IMG/VR virus record: IMGVR_UViG_3300027985_000286
Span: 64,001 to 128,000 of that record
From: a virus
Strand: one strand, 5' to 3'
DNA: 64,000 bases
Under the pieces are notes generated by a model. The model worked only from the letters and a program-made list of their open reading frames with translations, did not search any database and was not told where the DNA came from. Positions 29,772-36,542 of this stretch are shown here, in pieces. Within the stretch, counting starts at the first letter, position 1, and each line of letters starts with the position of its first letter. A program made the translations under genes and the position numbers.

Positions 29772-30071
29772 ATGGCACACAATGACAACGAAACTACTTT
29801 GGTCCTTAACCGAATTTTCACTGTTGCCAGCAAGTTCAACCTCATATTCGACGGCCCTGGTACTTCGAACTGGCGTCGTCGCAAAGGTGAGTACCACATC
29901 TACTTCCGCGCTGTAAACACAAAAGGTAACCCCACACTGAAGGAATTGTGGGTGAGCAAAGGCAATCGCATGGACTCGGAGCTCAGTAAAGAGCTCAGCA
30001 AGCACTTCAGCGCGGTAAAGTTTGAAGGTGGCTGCGCTGACCTTGGTGCTTCGTACAAGGTCAAGATCTGA
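29772..30071 (+). CDS. Hypothetical early protein
   Basis: GAGGA RBS within the repeated leader. Confidence 0.75.
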   Translation: MAHNDNETTLVLNRIFTVASKFNLIFDGPGTSNWRRRKGEYHIYFRAVNTKGNPTLKELWVSKGNRMDSELSKELSKHFSAVKFEGGCADLGASYKVKI

Positions 30072-30081
30072 GGGGATAACC

Positions 30082-30258
30082 ATGGACCGCAACTTGCTGA
30101 ACATTGCTCGAGAGATTGAAGAAGACGGGTTGCTCTACGACCAAATCAACGGGTTCCATCGCACTGTACTGGACGAGGTAATAATCAACACTGTGTCAAG
30201 GAGCATGGATCCTGACTGCACTGCATACTCGCAGTGGGTGTTGAACCTCAATCTCTAA
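30082..30258 (+). CDS. Hypothetical protein
   Basis: GAGGGG RBS before ATG 30082. Confidence 0.6.
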   Translation: MDRNLLNIAREIEEDGLLYDQINGFHRTVLDEVIINTVSRSMDPDCTAYSQWVLNLNL

Positions 30259-30261
30259 CGC

Positions 30262-30311
30262 TTGCGGAGTCCTTTGCTTAAATAGAGTTGTTCTAGCAAA
30301 GGACTCCGCAA
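30262..30311 (+). promoter_or_regulatory. 17-bp perfect hairpin sequestering the gp3 RBS, with late promoter TAAATA in the loop
   Basis: TTGCGGAGTCCTTTGCT (30262-30278) / AGCAAAGGACTCCGCAA (30295-30311); TAAATA at 30279-30284. Confidence 0.85.
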
Positions 30312-30811
30312 TGTCATCATCTATACAAAGCGCTCTTAACAACCTTACACCTGATAAGTTCTTGATGAGGGTGTCTGTGTTGCCCAACTTATCTTTCCGG
30401 ATAAAGCAAACTCAAATCCCCGGGTTGTCTGTTGCTGTACCTCAAATTGGAAACCGAGCAAGTCAGAGATTTAAACCCACTGCATACAACGTGGAGCTGA
30501 GTCCCCTCAATGTCACGTTTGTGGTAGATGAAGAGCTTAGGAATTGGATGGAGGCCTTCAACTGGTTTAAATTGTGTACCAAGTCAGATGACCTCTTTGA
30601 GGATGGCATTCTAGCTGAAATATCCATCTTGGTACTAGACTCTGACCTTAAAGAGGTGTTGGAGCTGCAGCTACAAGATTGCGTACCAGTGTCCTTGAGT
30701 GATATCAACCTAGCAGTTGATGACGAGAGTACAACCCTTCTGGCAACTGTTACCATTGACTACTCTACCTACAAAATCAAAACACCCTTGTTTGAAGTGT
30801 CATATGATTAA
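30311..30811 (+). CDS. gp3: Tail completion/sheath stabiliser gp3
   Basis: N.L.P..F, LP..SF..Q..IPG, L.VTF.VDE.L.NW.E.FNW, P.SLSDI. Confidence 0.9.
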   Translation: MSSSIQSALNNLTPDKFLMRVSVLPNLSFRIKQTQIPGLSVAVPQIGNRASQRFKPTAYNVELSPLNVTFVVDEELRNWMEAFNWFKLCTKSDDLFEDGILAEISILVLDSDLKEVLELQLQDCVPVSLSDINLAVDDESTTLLATVTIDYSTYKIKTPLFEVSYD

Positions 30812-30855
30812 TCCGCCTATCGTGCTATACTAAATGAGGTTCTACTAGAGGTAAG

Positions 30856-31308
30856 ATGATGACAACCGACTCGTTGTTCGACAAGAAGTTTGATGATCTT
30901 AAGAAAGAAGCCAACAATGACGTTAAGATCAACGTTGCAGACCTTGGAAGGTCTGCATCAGAAAATCCTAAACTGTACGTCAAGTACCTTGACAAGCTTT
31001 CAACAGAGGTTGTCCAACTCGATAAGCTAGAAAGAGAAAAGGCAAGGTTGTACAAGTCAAGATGGTCTTACTATATGGGTCATGCACCTGAGGAAGAGTA
31101 CAAGAAGAGTCCATTAAGAGAGAAGATACAGAAGGCAGACATAAATAAATACATTGACGCCGACCCTTTGATGCTAGAGATGAGCGCGCGCATCGACAGG
31201 CAGAAGGTGCTCGTAAGATACCTAGAAGATGTAATCAAAGCTATCAAAGATCGACAATTTTCCATCAAAGCTGCCATTGACTGGCAAAAATTCCAAAGCG
31301 GGGCATGA
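30856..31308 (+). CDS. uvsY: Recombination mediator UvsY
   Basis: NPKLY.KYL, YY.G.A..EEY, YIDAD, I.DRQFSIK.AIDW.KF.SG. Confidence 0.92.
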   Translation: MMTTDSLFDKKFDDLKKEANNDVKINVADLGRSASENPKLYVKYLDKLSTEVVQLDKLEREKARLYKSRWSYYMGHAPEEEYKKSPLREKIQKADINKYIDADPLMLEMSARIDRQKVLVRYLEDVIKAIKDRQFSIKAAIDWQKFQSGA

Positions 31309-31309
31309 C

Positions 31310-31498
31310 ATGAAATCATTCAAAGAATTCGTCAACGAAGCCAAGTATCAGGCATATGGTCCGTTCAAGACCAAAGAAGAAGCTATAGCAGATGCCAAAG
31401 AAGAGATTGGCGGTGGAACTCAAGGAAAGAACTTTTTCATCGAAAAGGAGAAAGATGGTTTCTACTGGTCAGAAACCAAGAAAGATGGGTCGATTTAA
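31310..31498 (+). CDS. Putative internal head protein (N-terminus MKSFKEFVNE)
   Basis: N-terminus resembles the T4 internal-protein capsid-targeting sequence (MKTYQEFIAE type). Confidence 0.6.
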   Translation: MKSFKEFVNEAKYQAYGPFKTKEEAIADAKEEIGGGTQGKNFFIEKEKDGFYWSETKKDGSI

Positions 31499-31926
31499 CC
31501 CCATCTTTCTTTAGCAGCAGCGAAAGCAGCCTTATCGGCAATTTCGTTGAAATGATCGCCGTTGTGACCGCGTACCCAGTTCCATTTGACCTTGTGCCTC
31601 TGCGATGCGGCTATTAGCCGCTTCCAGAGGTCTGGGTTCTTCACGTTCACAAAATTCTTTCTTTGCCACCCAAGAACCCATTTCGTCATTCCGTTGACAA
31701 CGTACTGGCTGTCAGAAACAATCTCAACTTCGCAGGGGTACGGTAATGCCTCTAAAGCAGAAATTGGACCCATCAACTCCATACGATTATTGGTAGACTG
31801 AGCATCGTCACTGGCACCAGTCAAAACCTTGTAGTTTCCACTCTCGAGAATGACAACTGCAGCCCATCCACCAGGGCCTGGATTCTTACGAGTACTGCCG
31901 TCAGTGTAAATCTTTATCTTGCGCAT
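31495..31926 (-). CDS. rnhA: Ribonuclease HI
   Basis: IYTDGS..NPGPGGW, TNNRMEL, SDSQYV, VKNPDLW, WVRGHNG..FNE.AD. Confidence 0.96.
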   Translation of the reverse strand: MRKIKIYTDGSTRKNPGPGGWAAVVILESGNYKVLTGASDDAQSTNNRMELMGPISALEALPYPCEVEIVSDSQYVVNGMTKWVLGWQRKNFVNVKNPDLWKRLIAASQRHKVKWNWVRGHNGDHFNEIADKAAFAAAKERWG

Positions 31927-31986
31927 TTCTTTTCCTGTTAAATATGCTATATTGTAGTGAAATTTATCTAAAGGAGCAACACTATC

Positions 31987-32271
31987 ATGAAAACACTAAA
32001 AGATTACCTCGGAGAAGAGGTGAAAGATCCTGCAGTCTTGAAAGCGTTCAAGGATGCTGGCATCCCAGCAGTGTCTTATGGCTTCATTGCCAGAACTGCA
32101 GCACAGGATAAGAAAATAGACGTGTTCTTGTCTGTTCTTAAGAAGTCTGGTTTTGATTACAGAGACCTAGGTAACGGTACGTACCAGTTTTTCAAAGGTA
32201 GGACTGTGGTAGGTATCCGTCCCAAGAACAAAATGAAGTTCCAGTCAATTCTCGACATTGACGAGGCTTGA
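31987..32271 (+). CDS. Putative internal head protein (N-terminus MKTLKDYLGE)
   Basis: CTS-like N-terminus; TAAATA at 31939; AAGGAG RBS. Confidence 0.6.
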   Translation: MKTLKDYLGEEVKDPAVLKAFKDAGIPAVSYGFIARTAAQDKKIDVFLSVLKKSGFDYRDLGNGTYQFFKGRTVVGIRPKNKMKFQSILDIDEA

Positions 32272-32289
32272 GATGCTAGAGCTAGATGT

Positions 32290-33840
32290 ATGAGCGCAGA
32301 CATCAAGGTAATCAAAGAGGACGAGTCAACCTTAATTGTTGTGCCTAACGAGGCGCACATAATCGAGGAACTCTCTGATTACTTTGAGATTGAAAAGGAG
32401 AATTCGGTATACCAGAGAAGAAACCGTAAAGGTTGGGATGGTATAACGCGCCTTTACAGTAAGGCATCTGGAAGGCTCCCTGCTGGTCTCTTCCATCACC
32501 TTAAAAAATTCGCTTATGACTTCCAATACACCATGGATGTTGAAGAGTCAATCGACTCGAAGTTAGATATCAATAGAGAAGACTACGTTAAGTTCGTAAA
32601 TGAGGATATCTGCCCCTACTCTAAGGGAAATCCAATCAAGCCGTACGAGTACCAGCTCTACGCTGCCTACTACGCTCTAAAGAATAAGAGAGGTACTTTG
32701 CTTGCCGCCACGTCAGCAGGGAAGAGCCTTATAATTTACATCATCAGCAGAATTATGGAACTAAGTGATGAGAAAGGAGTAGGTAAGCGCATCCTTATCA
32801 CAGTACCCACAACGTCTCTGGTTGAGCAGCTCTACAATGACTTTGTTGACTACGCTAACAACCACAAGAAGGACTGGGTAGTTGGTAACCACGTCCAAAA
32901 GATATCAGGGCAGTATGAGAAAACTGTAAACAGAAACATTGTGATTTCGACATGGCAGTCTGCAATCAAGCTCTACAACTTGAACCAGTTTGGTGTCTGG
33001 ATCAACGATGAGACCCACAACGGTAAATCCTCATCAATCAAAGAGATTGGCAAGAACCTATCTGAGTGCGCGTTCAGGGTTGGCCTTACAGGAACACTTG
33101 ACGGAGTAGAACTACACAGCCTAGAGATACAAGGCGTTTTCGGTCCGGTGAAACAGATTGTGAAAGCAAAAGAGCTTCAAGATATGGGTAGAGCAGCAGA
33201 GACTAAGGTGTTTGGTATCCTTCTTGAGCACCCAGAGTCTGCCAAACGGTTGCTAAGAAACCTCCAAAACGAGGATAAGAAGGTCAAAGGCAGTAAATCT
33301 AACCCTTACGAGATTGAGATGCAGTACCTTATGTCATGCCCTCTAAGAAACGACTACTTAACCAGACTTGCGTCCGAGCTGAAAGGGAACACAGTGTTCC
33401 TAACTGGTAGAATTGATGCACACTTGAAACCACTAGAAGAGAAGTTCAAAGAAGCAACAGACAAGCCAATATTCGTTATTCACGGTGGCGTAGGTGCAGA
33501 CGAGCGAGAAGTCATCCGAAACATCCTAGAGACCCACGATAACGCTATCATCCTTGCTTCTTACGGAACTATGAGTACTGGTGTTAGTGTCAAGAACCTG
33601 CACAATTTGGTATTTGCATACCCACTGAAGGCTAGAATCAAGATCTTGCAGTCAGTAGGAAGAATGATGCGGATGCACACATCTAAGAGCCACGCTAAAA
33701 TCATAGATATTGGTGATAACTTGAAGCTGGGTGGTAAAGCAAATCACACCATGGAGCATATGAGAAAAAGATTTGAACACTACATCAGCGAAGGATGGAA
33801 GATCAAGTTTCTTCAAGTACCGTTAACAAATAAGGGATGA
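32290..33840 (+). CDS. uvsW: SF2 RNA-DNA/DNA helicase UvsW
   Basis: WDGITRLY, YQ..A, TSAGKSLIIY, VPTTSLVEQ, DETH, GLTGTL, SYGTMSTG.S.KNLH, LQSVGR. Confidence 0.96.
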   Translation: MSADIKVIKEDESTLIVVPNEAHIIEELSDYFEIEKENSVYQRRNRKGWDGITRLYSKASGRLPAGLFHHLKKFAYDFQYTMDVEESIDSKLDINREDYVKFVNEDICPYSKGNPIKPYEYQLYAAYYALKNKRGTLLAATSAGKSLIIYIISRIMELSDEKGVGKRILITVPTTSLVEQLYNDFVDYANNHKKDWVVGNHVQKISGQYEKTVNRNIVISTWQSAIKLYNLNQFGVWINDETHNGKSSSIKEIGKNLSECAFRVGLTGTLDGVELHSLEIQGVFGPVKQIVKAKELQDMGRAAETKVFGILLEHPESAKRLLRNLQNEDKKVKGSKSNPYEIEMQYLMSCPLRNDYLTRLASELKGNTVFLTGRIDAHLKPLEEKFKEATDKPIFVIHGGVGADEREVIRNILETHDNAIILASYGTMSTGVSVKNLHNLVFAYPLKARIKILQSVGRMMRMHTSKSHAKIIDIGDNLKLGGKANHTMEHMRKRFEHYISEGWKIKFLQVPLTNKG

Positions 33841-34270
33841 ACTGAAGTAGCAACAGAGTTCAGGGATGATTCAAAAAGTCATAGGTCCCCTAAAGCGACT
33901 ATCCAAAACATCATTGCCCGTAGCCATACGGTTTTTGGTTTTGGGTTACACTAACTGAGTTCAGTACACGACCCCTTCAGTCAGAACGTGAGCATGACCA
34001 TAAAGGTGAGTAGGCGGTCAGCCTGTACCTACTTCTTACCTTGCTGTTGTCTGAGTGTTAACACTCACTGACGGTTTGTATCACTGCAGGATGCTCACGT
34101 TCCAACTATCCTGCAGTTCGGGTAACCCCGATCATTTGTTTCTCGGCTGTTTGCTTTAAGGTGCCTGAGTGCTTGTTAGTACAATGAGGTACCACACTCC
34201 CTAGGGCTACTCTCCAAGCCACAATGTTGCTGTGCCACTGCTTGGAGGGTCACCAGGTATAGTCAACCTG
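33840..34270 (-). ncRNA. Candidate ~430-nt structured non-coding RNA of unknown class
   Basis: No credible ORF; about ten consecutive stems plus a 12-nt long-range complement; minus-strand promoter TTTACA-N17-TACAAT immediately upstream. Confidence 0.62.
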
Positions 34271-34276
34271 CCTTGC

Positions 34277-34305
34277 ATTGTATATAGCGTTTTGTGTTTT
34301 GTAAA
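34277..34305 (-). promoter_or_regulatory. Sigma70-like promoter pointing into the structured non-coding region
   Basis: Minus strand TTTACA (34305-34300), N17, TACAAT (34282-34277). Confidence 0.65.
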
Positions 34306-34321
34306 GATGCGAGAAGATGTC

Positions 34322-34350
34322 TTGCTATTCTTAATCAATGGTGCTATGTT
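34322..34350 (+). promoter_or_regulatory. Early sigma70-like promoter, divergent from the ncRNA promoter
   Basis: TTGCTA-N17-TATGTT with TG extended -10, followed by TACAACATACA. Confidence 0.7.
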
Positions 34351-34383
34351 TACAACATACAAAACGTGATGAGAGACAATACA

Positions 34384-34920
34384 ATGACAAACCCAATCGT
34401 AGAAGCCGTAAGTCCTCTCAAGAACAGTGCAATGGACCGCGCTGAACAGCATGCCAACTCGTTGATCAATCGTGTGAAGAAAGAACTCGAGATTGGTGGG
34501 TGGGACCTTAATGCGGTCGCTCCTTACCCCAGAGCATGGGGGGCTAGCAAGAAAAGTTACGCAGAGGCGCGGAGCCGGAACGCAATGTTTTGGGCGTTGG
34601 TTGTACCTGCAGGAGAGCAAGCTTCACGTATAACTGGCAAGCCGTATATTGTGAAGTTGAGCGACACTAAAATCCAGAAGTTTGTTGATTCTGCTCGCAA
34701 AGATGCAGCTGAGCAGTATGACTCCTTCGTGGCCAAGCTTGTGTCGAAGATCGGTGAGGTGGAAAAGGCTTCGTTGATCGGAGACCATGTGTGGTCTCAT
34801 TCAATCTTAGTTGTCTCCAAGAGGGACGGTTCGGTTGAGCGTTGGAAGACCCAGATGATCATTAACGTGTCCAAGCTGGGCAATCTCTTCAATCAGTGGC
34901 CTACTCGTAAGGTCAAGTGA
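34384..34920 (+). CDS. Hypothetical early protein
   Basis: ATG 34384 follows the early leader; C-terminal W.TQMIINVSKLG.LFNQWPTRK. Confidence 0.75.
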   Translation: MTNPIVEAVSPLKNSAMDRAEQHANSLINRVKKELEIGGWDLNAVAPYPRAWGASKKSYAEARSRNAMFWALVVPAGEQASRITGKPYIVKLSDTKIQKFVDSARKDAAEQYDSFVAKLVSKIGEVEKASLIGDHVWSHSILVVSKRDGSVERWKTQMIINVSKLGNLFNQWPTRKVK

Positions 34921-34933
34921 GGAGGGCTAGACT

Positions 34934-35311
34934 ATGGCAAGGCGCAGGTCGGTAAACGTGCATTCTTGGGAGTACATCACCAAAGGCGCAACAGAACCGC
35001 ACGTGAGATGGACTAACTCTGAGCTCGCCAAGTTTCACTACATGAACAAGAACGGTGTTTACTTTGAGCACCGTCGGATGGTTCATTTAGTCGGTATGGC
35101 AGTGAAAGCTGGATTCATAAGAAGCGGTTGGTACTTGGCATATTGTATGAGTACCCAACCTGATACCCTGAGCAAGTACGCAAGGATGAAAAAGGTAAAG
35201 GCAACCTCTCTGCACGTCACTGTTCAAATGATAAAGGAAAACACCGCCAAGGCTCTTTCGAGGTTACAAGAAGAAGGTTTCGATATCAACCAAGAGGTAC
35301 CCAACCTGTGA
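34934..35311 (+). CDS. Hypothetical protein
   Basis: GAGGAGGG RBS. Confidence 0.7.
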   Translation: MARRRSVNVHSWEYITKGATEPHVRWTNSELAKFHYMNKNGVYFEHRRMVHLVGMAVKAGFIRSGWYLAYCMSTQPDTLSKYARMKKVKATSLHVTVQMIKENTAKALSRLQEEGFDINQEVPNL

Positions 35312-35317
35312 GGTCTT

Positions 35318-35467
35318 ATGGTACTGTATAACTGTATGCAAGAGGCGTGGATTGATACTGATGACGATACGTTCAATGTAGACATGACGCCGTCTATGAA
35401 TGTCCGTGATGAGGACCTAGAGTTTTGCGATCAGGCTGCTTTCTGGGTATGGTATAACGGTGAGTAG
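35318..35467 (+). CDS. Small acidic hypothetical protein (49 aa; not in ORF track)
   Basis: GAGGT RBS then ATG; fills the gap between neighbours. Confidence 0.5.
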   Translation: MVLYNCMQEAWIDTDDDTFNVDMTPSMNVRDEDLEFCDQAAFWVWYNGE

Positions 35468-35504
35468 GTTAAATACACTAGTCCCTTTTCAGAGTATACC
35501 CGCA

Positions 35505-35741
35505 ATGAGCAAGTTCACAAAGTACCTTTCTGAGTCTGCAGTGAGAGTCAACGCTGACGCCTTGGCTCTCGTTATCTCTAACACTGGAAATATTCCCAAA
35601 GGCACTGCGTTGGCATTGGCCAAGCAGATCGCGATTAGGGTGGAAGGTGGGAGAGCATGGGAGCGTCAGGTTCTCAACAACGTCGACGATAACCCAGACA
35701 AGGTTATAGCTCAGATCAAAGCAATTCTGGCCAAACCTTGA
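35505..35741 (+). CDS. Putative internal head protein (N-terminus MSKFTKYLSE)
   Basis: CTS-like N-terminus; TAAATA at 35470. Confidence 0.55.
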   Translation: MSKFTKYLSESAVRVNADALALVISNTGNIPKGTALALAKQIAIRVEGGRAWERQVLNNVDDNPDKVIAQIKAILAKP

Positions 35742-36160
35742 ACATACAACAAGTCTTAGAGCATGTAAACCAAAAGTATCAACCTGGCCCAGTCTATCAG
35801 TACGTAGAGGACCAGGTTGACTACTGGCAGTCACCAGACGAGTTTGAGGAAAGCAAGGCCGGGGATTGCGAGGATTTCGCCATTGCCAAGTTTTTTGCCT
35901 TGAAGGGTGTGGTAAAGGACAAAGGAAAGCTAAGCCTAGCCCATGTATCTCTAGCGAACGGTCAACAGCATATGGTCTGCATGTACGGTGACATGGTGCT
36001 AGACATACGCACTTCTCTTGTAGTCGATATCAAGCACCGTCCTGATATAGCCCAGCTCATCTACAAGTTCAACGAAGACAGTCTCACGATAGGGACCACT
36101 GTTATGAAAGGTGTTCCTAATATCAAGCCTTGGAAGGAAGTTCTTGCACGTATGAGTTAG
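35738..36160 (+). CDS. Transglutaminase-like cysteine protease (BTLCP / peptidase C93, LapG-like)
   Basis: DYWQSP.EF....GDCEDFAIAKFF.L, H(MV), VLD: Cys-His-Asp triad motifs. Confidence 0.82.
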   Translation: MNIQQVLEHVNQKYQPGPVYQYVEDQVDYWQSPDEFEESKAGDCEDFAIAKFFALKGVVKDKGKLSLAHVSLANGQQHMVCMYGDMVLDIRTSLVVDIKHRPDIAQLIYKFNEDSLTIGTTVMKGVPNIKPWKEVLARMS

Positions 36161-36264
36161 ACGTGTTAGCTTGTAAAGATACTTAGAGGATTAAAGCTTA
36201 AACCCAAGACGAGTTTTAGATTTGGTACAACAGTTGATTACATCATACTCAGGGAGGATATACA

Positions 36265-36474
36265 ATGGCTAAGATTATCGTTCTTAAGGAAATTGAGGTC
36301 CCTGAGGGTGACTACTGCTTTCTCAATAATAGGCCTGAAATCTGTATCAACCTCGACCCTTATACCCTGAATTGGGTAGAACCTCAGTGCGACCACGGGT
36401 TTTGTTGCCTTGAAAAGGATGAGGTAGGACTGAAGAAGTCACCCGAATGTAAGAAACTCCGTGTTTTGAAGTGA
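36265..36474 (+). CDS. Cys-rich GDYC-family small protein (paralog 1)
   Basis: EVPEGDYC..C..C.HGF..KK.PEC.KL. Confidence 0.7.
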   Translation: MAKIIVLKEIEVPEGDYCFLNNRPEICINLDPYTLNWVEPQCDHGFCCLEKDEVGLKKSPECKKLRVLK

Positions 36475-36478
36475 GTTG

Positions 36479-36507
36479 TTGCGTTTCTTCGTCAACGGTG
36501 CTAGAGT
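36479..36507 (+). promoter_or_regulatory. Early sigma70-like promoter
   Basis: TTGCGT-N17-TAGAGT, TG extension, AACAACATACA leader. Confidence 0.7.
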
Positions 36508-36542
36508 AACAACATACAGAAGCACTTGATGAGGACTAGACA

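Larger units (their letters stand above)
29269..29778 (+). repeat. Direct repeat of a leader/RBS/start block (29269-29303 and 29746-29778)
   Basis: CAGCACAACTTGAAGA(TA)GGACTACACAATGGCAC present twice. Confidence 0.85.

Noticed and set aside
33840-34270. tmRNA, RNase P RNA, group I/II intron, retron msr-msd or CRISPR array as the identity of the structured region
   Set aside because: No tRNA-like ends or CCA, no GAGGAAAGUCC, no interrupted host gene or recognisable intron core, no reverse transcriptase in the window, no repeat-spacer periodicity (by eye; Rfam not run)
34207-34620. 137-aa minus-strand ORF, and the TTG-start extension 34294-34383 on the plus strand
   Set aside because: The minus ORF is antisense to a well-supported gene and runs through two promoters; the plus extension overlaps the promoter, and ATG 34384 fits the leader
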